From: Chloroflexota bacterium
GTDB taxonomy: Bacteria > Chloroflexota > UBA11872 > VXOZ01
DNA length: 64,000 bases
Direction: 5' to 3'
Assembly: GCA_963662335.2 (NCBI GenBank)
Contig: CAXXVD010000002.1
Location: 576,001 to 640,000 of the forward strand
The position numbers were made by a program, and so were the translations under genes. The notes under the pieces were generated by a model. It was not told where the DNA came from, made no database searches, and was given only the letters and a program-made list of their open reading frames with translations. Of this stretch, positions 46,974 to 57,553 are shown piece by piece; the stretch's first letter is position 1; every line of letters begins with the position of its first letter.

Positions 46974-47367
46974 TGCTCTTGATTTGCGCCGTGAAGACTT
47001 CAACAGCCCTTAGCGTAGCTGCTCTTTCCAAGGTTCCGCTAACTCGCATTCTTTTGGCGCCGCTCTTTGCGGAAGCGGAAATGGCCGCAAATCGGATCAG
47101 GTTATAGGGCAGGAACTCCATCGCAAGGATACCGGTCTCCCCAACTCGCCACTCGATTTGCGCCAGCCCCTCTGGACCTATCGCTATTTGAGGTTGTGGC
47201 AACTGTCGTTCGCTCATGAGGAAGTAAGCCAGCTCTCGCATGGAGTCGATTGACATAGGTTGCTCATCCGGATCGTCGGCAACAAGCCCTTGGAGGTACT
47301 CGAGGCGATCCGCGATTGCGTCCAAGCCATGGAACTTGAGCACGGCGATGATTTCCGCTTGCTCCAT
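46948..47367 (-). CDS. Hypothetical protein (visibly lower GC)
   Basis: Open frame with globular-looking sequence (P.I..GPEG..QIEW); start uncertain (47367 or 47409). Confidence 0.6.
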   Translation of the reverse strand: MEQAEIIAVLKFHGLDAIADRLEYLQGLVADDPDEQPMSIDSMRELAYFLMSERQLPQPQIAIGPEGLAQIEWRVGETGILAMEFLPYNLIRFAAISASAKSGAKRMRVSGTLERAATLRAVEVFTAQIKSNAWQPASG

Positions 47368-47633
47368 GGCCAAGGATAGGTCTTCTTTCCACGAGGTGTG
47401 CTTTAGCAAAGTCCGGTGCGCCTGTTCTAAAGATCAGCGATACTGCCACACGGTTTACGTGCTTTGCACTATAGCATCGAAAACGGGACGAGCGTCATGA
47501 GCACCTCGATGGAGGATGACATTCTCCATTGGCCTTATGTCGTTCGTTGCCAACTGCCGTGCCGCTGTCGTAGGCTAGAGGGTACGGTTACGCTACGTTT
47601 GCAGCGCACGAAGCAACGAGAAGAGTGAAGAAG

Positions 47634-48741
47634 ATGATCAAAGAACGCATTGTCGCATTGAACGCGCGCGCCGCGGAACTCCGGAGGCGCCTTTGACCTG
47701 GCGGCGTGGGAGGCGGAGATCGGCGACCTGGAGGCGCGGTCGCTAGATCCCGGTTTGTGGGATTCGCCGGGGAATGCCCAGCGGGTCATGCAGCGGCTGG
47801 CTGCCGTGCGCCGCCTGGCCGATGACTGGAACGGCTTCTTTGCGGATGTCGAAGCGCTGGTGGAACTTGCGGAACTCGACGACCCGGCCCTGGAGACGGA
47901 ACTCGCTGCCGAGGTGAGCCGCCTGGAGGCGGATGGCGAGAAGCGCGAGATTCAGACCCTCTTCCAGGGCGCGTACGATGAGCGCGACGCGCTGCTCTCC
48001 CTTCATGCCGGCGCGGGCGGGACGGATTCGCAGGATTGGGTCGAAATGCTGCTGCGCATGTACGTCCGCTGGGCGGAGGCTAATGCGCACACGCCGGAAA
48101 TCCTGGATAGCACGCCCGGTGAAGAGGCCGGCATCAAGAGCGTCACGCTGCAGGTGAGCGGGCCGTTTGCGTATGGGCGCCTGCGGTCGGAACACGGCGT
48201 GCACCGCCTGGTGCGGCTCTCGCCCTTCGACGCCAACCACCGCCGCCATACGTCGTTCGCGCTGGTGGAAGCGCTGCCCGTCATCGACGATGACGTAACC
48301 GTTGAGATAAAGCCCGACGACGTGAAGCTGGATACGTTTCGCGCCAGCGGGGCCGGCGGGCAGCACGTGAACAAGACGAGTTCCGCCGTGCGGATTACCC
48401 ACGTGCCCACGGGCATCGTCATTTCGTGCCAGAACGAGCGCTCGCAACTGCAGAACCGCGAGGCCGCCATGCGCATTCTGCGGGCGCGCCTGTTGGAGCG
48501 CAAATTGCAGGCGCAACAGGAAGAACAGGCGGCGCTGAAGGGCGAACATACCAGCGCCGAGTGGGGCAACCAGATACGCTCCTACGTGCTGCATCCCTAC
48601 ACCATGGTGAAAGACCTCCGCACGGGCGTCGAAACCGGCAATACGCGGGCGGTGTTGGATGGCGCCATCGACGAGTTCGCGGAGGCCTATCTGCGGCAGC
48701 AGGCTGAAAACCGCCGCAACAGCACTAGCGGCGTTGGGTAA
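47634..48741 (+). CDS. prfB: Peptide chain release factor 2 with programmed +1 frameshift
   Basis: ATG 47634 reads to GGAGG-cgc-CTT TGA C (47691-47697); the +1 frame continues into the ORF with SPF and GGQ motifs. Confidence 0.97.
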
Positions 48742-48872
48742 GTTGGGGAGAGACGTATGGTAGGTGTGCGCCGTGTCCCTACAACGCTCGCGGTTGCGTT
48801 TGAGAAAGATTCCTCGTTGCTTCTCCACGGGGCGGCCGGGCAGCGCGCGCGACAAAGCGGGGAGGCCGCAGT

Positions 48873-49544
48873 GTGATTCCGGTGGTGTGTATCGTCGGCA
48901 AGCATAATGCGGGCAAGACGACGCTGCTCGAGCGCCTGATTCCGTGTTTGCGGGAGCGCGGGCGGCGGGTGGCGGTGGTCAAGCACGCGGCGCACGGCTT
49001 CGCGCTTGACCGGGAGGGGAGCGACTCGCGGCGTCTGGCGCAAACGGAGGCCGCCGCGGTGGCGCTCAGCGGGCCGGGGAGCGCCGCCGTTTTCATCACG
49101 CTGCCGGCGAGCGCCTCGTTGCCGCAACTCCTGGGACTGCTGCCGCCGCTGGGCTTCGATCTCGTGCTGGTGGAAGGCTACAAACGCTCAGACTATCCCA
49201 AAGTCGAGGTGCACCGCGCCGCGCTCGGGCCGGATTTGCTGGTTGCGGCAGAGCATCTTGCCGCCGTGGTGAGCGACGGCGGATGCGACTTCGAGGTTCC
49301 CGTCTTCGATTCCACCAACGCGGCGGGGCTGGCGGCTTTTCTTGATGAGCGCTACGTGCGCCCGGGCCTGGAGCGCGACGCCATCCGCGTCACGGTAGAC
49401 GGTGAGGAAGTGCGCCTAAACGCCTTTGCCAGCGCGGTGATCGCGGGCGGCGTTTCCGGCATGTTGTCGGCGCTCAAGGGCGTCACCGAGCCGGGCGAGG
49501 CCCGCATCGAGTTGCGGCGCGGGCGCAAGGGCGGCGACACGTAG
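48873..49544 (+). CDS. mobB: Molybdopterin-guanine dinucleotide biosynthesis protein B
   Basis: GKHNAGKTT P-loop, VAVVKH, D.EG.DS, DLVLVEGYK; C-terminal VDG..V.LN.F extension. Confidence 0.9.
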   Translation: MIPVVCIVGKHNAGKTTLLERLIPCLRERGRRVAVVKHAAHGFALDREGSDSRRLAQTEAAAVALSGPGSAAVFITLPASASLPQLLGLLPPLGFDLVLVEGYKRSDYPKVEVHRAALGPDLLVAAEHLAAVVSDGGCDFEVPVFDSTNAAGLAAFLDERYVRPGLERDAIRVTVDGEEVRLNAFASAVIAGGVSGMLSALKGVTEPGEARIELRRGRKGGDT

Positions 49545-49561
49545 CCATTGCCCGTGGCAGG

Positions 49562-49800
49562 GGAGCGGGGGGCAAGCCCCAATGCTGTCGCAGCGGCGCG
49601 AAGACGCGCCGAAAACTCAATTGGCGAAGAGAACCACGCATCGCATCTCCGGTAGCGCAGGTTTGCAACCTGCGATCCTGTAGGGTCAATCCTTTGCGTG
49701 TGCTCTTCTTCATGCTCTGGCGGGGGACAAGCCCCCGCGCTACGGGGTATTGGGTTGGCCAAAAGGGGCAGGGGCACGACATGTCGTGCCCCTACCCCTT
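49562..49800. repeat. Composite (BIME-like) repeat unit plus REP
   Basis: One ~154-bp unit homologous to 57192-57521, followed by a GGGGCACGACATGTCGTGCCCCTAC copy. Confidence 0.85.
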
Positions 49801-49839
49801 TTGGGTCTGTCGATGATGTGCCAATTTCAGGCTGGGCGC

Positions 49840-51411
49840 TCAGGTTGCGGGCGCGGCCTCGGCGGCGGCCAGCGGCGCGCCGTCTCCCTGGCCGTCCGCG
49901 ACGTTCTGCGCCGAGATGTGCTTATTGAGGGCGTTCATGTAGGCCTTGGCGCTGGCGACTACGATGTCGGTGTCCGCGCCGTAGCCGGTCACCGAGACGC
50001 CCTCGCTTTCCAGGCGGATGCTCACCTCGCCCTGCGCGTCGATGCCCTCCGTGACGGCTTGCACGCGAAACTCGGTGAGCTTGGCCGGCACGTTGACGAT
50101 GCGGTCGATGGCCTTGCAGACGGCGTCCACCGGCCCATCGCCCAGCGCGGCGTCCTCGTAGACCCGGTCCTGGTCGTCGATGATGCGCACCGTGGCCGTG
50201 GGAATGCTCTTATCGCCGCAACTCACCTGCACGTGCTCCAGGCTAAAGTACTCCTTGGCTTGCAGCACGTCGCTGGAGAGCAGCGCCTCGATGTCGCGCG
50301 CCGTGACGTTGCGCCGCTTGTCGGCCAACTCTTTGAAGCGGTCGAACGCCTCTTGGAATTCGCGCTCGCTCAGTTGGTAGCCCATCTTGGCAAGCTGGTC
50401 GCGGAAGGCGTGGCGGCCGCTGGTCTTGCCCAGCACGATGCGGCTGCCGCCCATGCCCACGCTTTCGGGCGTCATGATTTCGTACGTCTGGCGGTCTTTC
50501 AGCATCCCGTCCTGGTGCAGGCCGGACGAATGCGCAAAGGCGTTGGCGCCGATGATGGCCTTGTTCGGCTGCACCGGCATGTTCATCAGTTCGCTCACCA
50601 TGCGGCTCGTGCGATAGATTTCCTCGGTGTTGATGCGGTGCGTCACCTTGAAGAAATCCTTGCGCACGGTGGCGTTCATCACCACCTCTTCCAGCGAGGC
50701 GTTGCCGGCGCGCTCGCCGACGCCGTTCAGCGTGCACTCGATCTGGTCCACGCCGTTGAGGATGGCAATCAGCGAATTGGCGTTGGCCTGGCCCAGGTCG
50801 TTGTGGCAGTGCACGGAGAGCGTGACGTTCTCGACACCGGGCGTGTTGGCGCGCAGGTATTGCAAGAGTTCGGCAAACTCATCCGGCTGGGTGTAGCCCA
50901 TGGTGTCGGGCACATTAATTACCCTTGCCCCGGCCGCGATGGCGTCGCCAAAGAGTTGGCACAAATAATCCCAGTCGCTGCGGGTGGCGTCCATGGCCGA
51001 GAACTCGACGTTGGCGCAGTAGCCGACGGCCTGCCGGACGCACGCCACCGCGGCCTCCCGCACTTCCTGGCGCGTCATGCGCAGTTGGCGCTCCAGGTGG
51101 ATGTCGCTGGACGAGATGAAGACGTGGATGCGGGGGGCTGCGCCCGGTTTGATCGCCTCCCAGGCGGCCTCGACCTGATCGGGTTTGAAGCCGGAGAGGG
51201 CGCAAATCTGGACGTTGCGCAGCTTTTCCGCCAGGAGTTGCACGGCCTTGAAGTCGCCGGGCGAGGTGCGGGGAAAGCCGGCCTCGAGAATATCGACGCC
51301 GAGGCGTTCCAGTTGCTCGCCGAGTTGCAGCTTTTCATCTACGGTCAGCGAGCCGCCGGCCGCCTGTTCGCCGTCGCGCAGGGTGGTATCGAAGATTTGC
51401 AGGGTTCTCAT
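49840..51411 (-). CDS. leuA: 2-isopropylmalate synthase
   Basis: FDTTLRDGEQ, HCHNDLG, GERAGNA, HSSGLHQDG, GDGPVDA regulatory domain. Confidence 0.96.
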   Translation of the reverse strand: MRTLQIFDTTLRDGEQAAGGSLTVDEKLQLGEQLERLGVDILEAGFPRTSPGDFKAVQLLAEKLRNVQICALSGFKPDQVEAAWEAIKPGAAPRIHVFISSSDIHLERQLRMTRQEVREAAVACVRQAVGYCANVEFSAMDATRSDWDYLCQLFGDAIAAGARVINVPDTMGYTQPDEFAELLQYLRANTPGVENVTLSVHCHNDLGQANANSLIAILNGVDQIECTLNGVGERAGNASLEEVVMNATVRKDFFKVTHRINTEEIYRTSRMVSELMNMPVQPNKAIIGANAFAHSSGLHQDGMLKDRQTYEIMTPESVGMGGSRIVLGKTSGRHAFRDQLAKMGYQLSEREFQEAFDRFKELADKRRNVTARDIEALLSSDVLQAKEYFSLEHVQVSCGDKSIPTATVRIIDDQDRVYEDAALGDGPVDAVCKAIDRIVNVPAKLTEFRVQAVTEGIDAQGEVSIRLESEGVSVTGYGADTDIVVASAKAYMNALNKHISAQNVADGQGDGAPLAAAEAAPAT

Positions 51412-51638
51412 GACGTGTTAGGTCCTCCATGCCAATTTGGGTCGCAGGCGCGTGCCAAAGCGCGCCGGTCAGCGGGTCGCGAAAGGCATGGCAAGCGGGC
51501 AGGCCCGCCAGCATACCAGGGCCGGTAAGCCCTGGCGCCGGAAGGGCCTGAAACCACACTCCTCTTGGACTGCACATGGTCGAGGTGAAATGGGCGGATA
51601 CTGCGGTATCCCCATCGCTTGTATTCCCTCTAACGCGT

Positions 51639-52634
<996 letters not shown>

Positions 52635-52734
52635 GGTACCCTCTCTTCGCTTTTCAGTTTTGTCATTACCCTGGAGGGGAGCAAGCCACCATTGAGAAAT
52701 AGCAAGCCGGCCTCCGTAGCACCGGAACCCTCTC

Positions 52735-52870
52735 CGTCACACCGGCGCTCTTTCTGTCATATCGGCACTTCTCCATTACACCGGCGTCCTTTTTCCGTCA
52801 TTCCGGCGAAAGCCGGAATCCATCATTGCCGCGCGTGACCTGGATTCCGGCTTTCGCCGGAATGACAGCA
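52735..52870. repeat. Inverted REP pair with stuttered 5' half-copies
   Basis: GTCATTCCGGCGAAAGCCGGAATCC ... GGATTCCGGCTTTCGCCGGAATGAC, preceded by three degenerate CCGTCA..CCGGCG copies at about 20-bp spacing. Confidence 0.8.
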
Positions 52871-52954
52871 TAGGGGCCGCCTCTCGGCTATGAGGCGGCC
52901 CACACCCAAGCTAGCGCACATCCAGACTGGCCCATACCCAGACCGGCCCATACG

Positions 52955-53476
52955 CTATGCCGCCGGGCCTTCTTGCGCCAGGACCGCCGGCGCCGGCATG
53001 GCGCGACCGCGCACCATGGCCACCTCGCCGGTGCGGCTCAGTTCCAGGATGCCGTAGGGACGGATGATCTCGACGAACGAGTCGATCTTATCCTCGTCTC
53101 CCGTAATCTCCAGGATGATGCTGCCCGGCGAGACGTCCACCACTTGCGCCCGGTAGACGTTGGCCAGTTGCAGGATTTCGGTGCGTTTCATCTCCGGCGC
53201 GGCGATCTTGGCCAGGGCCATCTCGCGGGAGACGTGGCGCTGCTCGGTGACGTCGGTCACCGAGACCACCTCGATCAGCTTCTCCAACTGCCGCGCCACC
53301 TGGATCGATTCCTTGTGGTCTTCCGCCACCACAATCGTCATGCGCGAGATGCCCGGCCGGTGCGAGTGGCCGACGGCCAGGCTCTCGATGTTGTAGCCGC
53401 GCTTGCGGAAGAGGCTGGCAATGCGGTTTAGGACGCCGGGATGGTCCTCGACGTCCGCAATCAGGACGTGTCTCAT
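52955..53476 (-). CDS. ilvN: Acetolactate synthase small subunit
   Basis: VEDHPGVLNRIASLFRKRGYNIESL, QLEKLIEV, RTG; ATGA overlap with the ilvB stop. Confidence 0.96.
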   Translation of the reverse strand: MRHVLIADVEDHPGVLNRIASLFRKRGYNIESLAVGHSHRPGISRMTIVVAEDHKESIQVARQLEKLIEVVSVTDVTEQRHVSREMALAKIAAPEMKRTEILQLANVYRAQVVDVSPGSIILEITGDEDKIDSFVEIIRPYGILELSRTGEVAMVRGRAMPAPAVLAQEGPAA

Positions 53477-55176
53477 GCGTACCTCGCTTCTTCCACGGCG
53501 TCGCCCTCGATTGTCTCGGCCAGGCTGGAGCCGGCCGGCACCATGGGGTAGACCTTCTCCACTTCGTCCACCACCAGGTCGAGCACCACCGGGCCGGGGA
53601 TCTTCTCCGCCTCTTTCAGCACCTTGAGCACGTCCGCCTTCGTGGACGCGCGCAGGCCGGGCAGGCCGTAGGCTTCGGCCAACTTGACGAAGTCCGGGTT
53701 CTCCAGCTTGGCGCTGATGAAGCGGCTGTCGTAGAAGAGCGTCTGCCACTGGCGGATCATGCCCAGGTGGTTATTGTTGATGATGGCGATCTTCACGTCC
53801 ACGTTGTGTTCTTTGACCACCGCCAGGTCTTGCAGCGTCATCTGGAAGCCGCCGTCGCCGATGATGCACCACACCTGCTCGTTGGGGCGGGCGTACTTTA
53901 CGCCGATGGCCGCCGGGAAGGCGTAGCCCATGGCGCCGAGCCCGCCAGACGAGAAGAAGGTGTTGCGGCGGTCGTACCAGAAGTGTTGGGCGGCCCACAT
54001 TTGCGCCTGGCCCACGTCGGTGACCACCACGGCCTCGCCGTTGGTGATGTGGTATATCTGGCGGATGACCCACTGGGGCAGCACGATGTCGGTCTCGCGG
54101 ATGGCGAGGCTGGGATGCTCCTCACGCCACTCGCGAATCTGCTCCACCCACGGCGTGTGGTCGAGTTGGTCGATCTCGTCGATCATCGCGCGAATAGTGG
54201 GCTTCAGATCGGCCACGATGCCCACGTCCGTGGCGACGTTCTTGCCGATCTCCGCCGGGTCGATGTCCACGTGGATGATGCGCGCGCCGGTAGCGAAGTC
54301 CTCGAGGCGTCCGGTCACCCGGTCGTCGAAGCGCATGCCCAGGGAGATGAGCAGGTCGGCGCGGTCCACGGCCCAGTTGGCGTAGATGTTGCCGTGCATG
54401 CCCACCATGCCGAACGAGAGTTCATGGCTTTCCGGGAAGGACGACACGCCGTGCAACGTGGTGATGACGGGGATGTTGGCCTTCTCCGCGAACGCCAGCA
54501 ACTCCTCGTACGCGCCGGAATAGTGGATGCCGTGGCCGGCCAGGATGATCGGCTTCTCCGCGCCGTGAATCACTTCCGCCGCGTCGCGCACGAGCGTGGG
54601 GTCCGGCTGCGTGCCTTCCTCCGGGTTGTAGCCCACGATATTGGGCGGCGGGAAGCCGTCGAACTCGACCTCTTCCAGGAAGACGTCTTTGGGCACGTCC
54701 ACCTGCACCGGGCCTTTGCGTCCCGTGTTGGCGATGTAGAAGGCTTCTTCCATCACGCGCGGCAATTCTTCCGCGTTCAGCACAAGCCAGTTGTGCTTGG
54801 TGACGGGCAGCATGACGCCGGTGGCGTCGGTTTCCTGGAAGCCGTCGGTGCCCAACAGGTTGCGCGGCACCTGGCCGGTGAGCGCCACCACGGGCACGGA
54901 ATCCATGTGCGCGCCGGCAATGCCGGTGACGAGATTGGTGACGCCGGGGCCGCTGGTGGCGATACAGACACCCACGTCGCCGCTGGCGCGGGCGTAGCCG
55001 TCGGCCGCGAAGGCCGCGCCCTGCTCGTGGCGCACCAGGATGTGGTTGAGCCGGTCCTGGTAGTGATAGAGGGCGTCGTAGAGGGGCAGGCACGCGCCGC
55101 CGGGATACCCGAATACGGTGTGCACGCCGTGCGCCACCAGGCTATCCAAGATGATCTCTGCTCCGGTCCGTTTCAT
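53473..55176 (-). CDS. ilvB: Acetolactate synthase large subunit
   Basis: FGYPGG, RHEQGA, TSGPG, RFDDRVTG, SGGLGAMG, GDG...NN, GMIRQWQ. Confidence 0.97.
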   Translation of the reverse strand: MKRTGAEIILDSLVAHGVHTVFGYPGGACLPLYDALYHYQDRLNHILVRHEQGAAFAADGYARASGDVGVCIATSGPGVTNLVTGIAGAHMDSVPVVALTGQVPRNLLGTDGFQETDATGVMLPVTKHNWLVLNAEELPRVMEEAFYIANTGRKGPVQVDVPKDVFLEEVEFDGFPPPNIVGYNPEEGTQPDPTLVRDAAEVIHGAEKPIILAGHGIHYSGAYEELLAFAEKANIPVITTLHGVSSFPESHELSFGMVGMHGNIYANWAVDRADLLISLGMRFDDRVTGRLEDFATGARIIHVDIDPAEIGKNVATDVGIVADLKPTIRAMIDEIDQLDHTPWVEQIREWREEHPSLAIRETDIVLPQWVIRQIYHITNGEAVVVTDVGQAQMWAAQHFWYDRRNTFFSSGGLGAMGYAFPAAIGVKYARPNEQVWCIIGDGGFQMTLQDLAVVKEHNVDVKIAIINNNHLGMIRQWQTLFYDSRFISAKLENPDFVKLAEAYGLPGLRASTKADVLKVLKEAEKIPGPVVLDLVVDEVEKVYPMVPAGSSLAETIEGDAVEEARYA

Positions 55177-55385
55177 GTGCTCTCTTCCTCATTCCTTACA
55201 CTTGAGCGAACGTGTCTCGATGCGTTGCCGCTTGCTCGCGGGTCTGTGCGCCGCGCAGCGTCACGCGCCCAGCCTGGACGCGTGCGGCGTGTACCGCCCC
55301 GCAAGACGCTTTGCGCGCCCCAAAGAGGGTGCGCCGCGCCTTACAGTTAGTTGCCTCCGTTGTTGCTGTTTTGCCGATCCACTTC

Positions 55386-55414
55386 ATGATACTCGTCCCG
55401 CCAGCTATTGTTAA
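55386..55414 (-). promoter_or_regulatory. Putative sigma70 promoter directly upstream of ilvB
   Basis: TTAACA-N17-TATCAT on the minus strand. Confidence 0.55.
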
Positions 55415-55440
55415 GCGGTTGCGCGCAAAGCCCGTGAAAA

Positions 55441-55502
55441 CCGTTCGTGCTGAGCCCTTCGACAGGCTCAGGGTGACCCTTCGACAGGCTCAGGGCGAAC
55501 GT
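55441..55502. repeat. REP-like element with tandem CCCTTCGACAGGCTCAGGG
   Basis: Two direct copies at about 55455 and 55477, flanked by CCGTTCGTG...GCGAACG. Confidence 0.8.
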
Positions 55503-55530
55503 TGTTCATGCGGGCAACCGGGCGTTCTCC

Positions 55531-55875
55531 TCAGGTAATCGCCACGCCAAACTTCGCCAACACGCGCCGCACGACGAAGAAGAGCGCCACCAGCAGCCAG
55601 CCCAGCGCGAACTCCGCCGCCAAGAGCAACGGGCTGAGCCGCCAGATCTGCGCCAACGCGCGCTCGGCGGCCTGCCAGTTGCCCTCTACCATACCAGTTA
55701 TCAGCGCGATGGGGACGCCCAGGAGCGCGATGGCGAGGGCGCCCAGGACAAGGATCGCCGCCGAAAGCGCCAGCGCCCCTAACAGCAGCGCGCGCTTGTT
55801 CCAGCGGTACGCCGCGGCGACCGGCTCGGCCTCGAGCGGCAAGTCTACAGGCGTATCTGAAAACGCATCGAACAT
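55531..55875 (-). CDS. Hypothetical small membrane protein (2-3 TM)
   Basis: 114 aa with long hydrophobic stretches; GGGAAG before the ATG. Confidence 0.65.
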   Translation of the reverse strand: MFDAFSDTPVDLPLEAEPVAAAYRWNKRALLLGALALSAAILVLGALAIALLGVPIALITGMVEGNWQAAERALAQIWRLSPLLLAAEFALGWLLVALFFVVRRVLAKFGVAIT

Positions 55876-55910
55876 TGCGCCAGCTTCCCGGCGGCGTCTG
55901 CCGCGCAGCG

Positions 55911-55945
55911 AAGAAAAAACCCGTCCCTATCGCCTGGGGACGGGC
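55911..55945 (-). terminator. Attenuator terminator
   Basis: Minus strand GCCCGTCCC-caggcgata-GGGACGGGT-TTTTTCTT. Confidence 0.85.
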
Positions 55946-56107
55946 ATTACTCTTTGCAATACGAACCGTGTTGTATGGCTGTTGGCGCCAAACTGGCTTC
56001 GTGTTCTCCGGTATCCGCATCCCCGCGCCGGCGTCAATTTGCCGTCGCTCGCCGGGGATGCTGCCGTCCCGCTGGTCAATGTGTGAGTGTTGTGATTAAT
56101 GCGCCGC

Positions 56108-56203
56108 CTAGGCGGCTACGAGAATCATCAACACGAGCGGCCACAATTCAGGCGTGTGACCGCCGCGTAGCGCGAGAGTGCGGATTTTCCCGGCGCGGTA
56201 CAT
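56108..56203 (-). CDS. Branched-chain amino acid attenuator leader peptide (MYRAGKIRTLALRGGHTPELWPLVLMILVAA)
   Basis: 31-aa sORF with an L-W-P-L-V-L-M-I-L-V cluster, upstream of a terminator and ilvBNC-leuA. Confidence 0.75.
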   Translation of the reverse strand: MYRAGKIRTLALRGGHTPELWPLVLMILVAA

Positions 56204-56256
56204 AGTGGTGTTCGTTGCCTCAAGGGCTACTCTGCACACATGCTATTCGTACTCTT

Positions 56257-56332
56257 GTAATATCACGAACGCGGCGGCGGCGTCAAGCGCCGCTTTGCCT
56301 AGTTGACAACAATTCGCAGATTCTGGTAGCGT
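56257..56332. promoter_or_regulatory. Back-to-back divergent promoters
   Basis: Minus: TTGACG (56286-56281) then TGATATTAC. Plus: TTGACA (56303-56308)-N18-TAGCGT. Confidence 0.5.
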
Positions 56333-56471
56333 TGCGGTAGGGAGTGCGTGCTCCATGCAATGTGCGCTTGGACGCGCTCCGTTTTCCACGTAAAAAGCAG
56401 AGTGTTTGGCGCGCGCCTGCACTCGCAGCAACCAGCCCATAGCCGCGCGGTAATGGAGAGAGGATAGCGCA

Positions 56472-56918
56472 ATGCGGAGTTTTCCCGGTCGGCCGGACTT
56501 GACAATCGTGACCACGCTGGACGGCGGGCAGGAAGTGCTGCAGATGAAGGCGGGCTACTTGTTCATTTGCGAGGGCTGCTGCTGCGGCAACGGCTATTCC
56601 AAACCCCGATTGGAAAAAGCCCATTACCTGCGCGAGTCGCGCCGCCGGGGAATTTCCGAGCACGTGACCACTGTGTTTACGGCCGATGACGGCGGCGGCT
56701 GCCTGGGCCCGTGCGGCCTGGGAAATAACGTTTTCATGTACCTCTTCGGCAGAGGACTCTGGTTCCAAGGCATGAACGACACCGCGGACCTCGACGCGCT
56801 CTTTACCTACCTGGAAGAGAGCATCCGCCTGGGACAGCCGGCGCCGGTGGCGGGCAGCCTGGCCGACCGCGTCTATACAAGGGTACAGGGCGAGCAGATA
56901 CCGGTTGCAGTGTCGTAG
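56472..56918 (+). CDS. Thioredoxin-like (2Fe-2S) ferredoxin-domain protein (CbiW-like)
   Basis: ICEGCCCG...GCLGPC...N; GAGAGG RBS. Confidence 0.75.
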   Translation: MRSFPGRPDLTIVTTLDGGQEVLQMKAGYLFICEGCCCGNGYSKPRLEKAHYLRESRRRGISEHVTTVFTADDGGGCLGPCGLGNNVFMYLFGRGLWFQGMNDTADLDALFTYLEESIRLGQPAPVAGSLADRVYTRVQGEQIPVAVS

Positions 56919-56964
56919 ACAGGCGCCTCTGCGGCGAAATCCGCCATAACTCTGAGATTGGCGT

Positions 56965-57525
56965 GACCGAGCCGTTAGCCCTGAGCGGCGTCGAAGGGTG
57001 AACGGCGGCTTGAGCGCGTTGCAATTCCGCCCGCACCTCTCTCCGTTCATGCTTCGACAGGGGCTTCGCGCAGCCCTCAGCACGAACGGAGAGAGGTGCG
57101 GGCGTTTTCATTCCCTTTTGTGGCCGGCGGAAAGCCCTTATGATTCGCGCGGGAGTTGGTATCAGCGCCTTCCCGCCTAGTCATCCGCAGCGGGGGACAA
57201 GCCCCAATGCTGTCGCAGCGGCGCGAAGACGCGCCGAAAACTCAATTGGCGATGCGAACCGCGCCTCGAATCTCCGGTAGCGCAGGTTTGTAACCTGCGA
57301 ATCTGTTGGGCCAATCCTTTGCGTGCCAGTTTCAATGGCTCTGGCGGGGGACAAGCCCCCGCGCTGTCGCAGCGGCGCGAAGACGCGCCGAAAACTCAAT
57401 TGGCGATGCGAACCGCGCCTCGAATCTCCGGTAGCGCAGGTTTGTAACCTGCGAATCTGCTGGGTCAATCCTTTGCGTGCCAATTTCAATGGCTCTGGCG
57501 GGGGACAAGCCCCCGCGCTACGCGT
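56965..57525. repeat. REP cluster with two tandem 154-bp composite units
   Basis: GGGGGACAAGCCCC at 57192, 57346 and 57500 with near-identical intervening sequence. Confidence 0.92.
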
Positions 57526-57553
57526 AAGGCGCTTCGCATGTGCGGCCGCTCGC

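Noticed and set aside
55196-55387. 63-aa ORF as the ilvB leader peptide
   Set aside because: It has no Leu/Ile/Val cluster or terminator, and its ATG overlaps the predicted -10 box; the better leader is 56108..56203.
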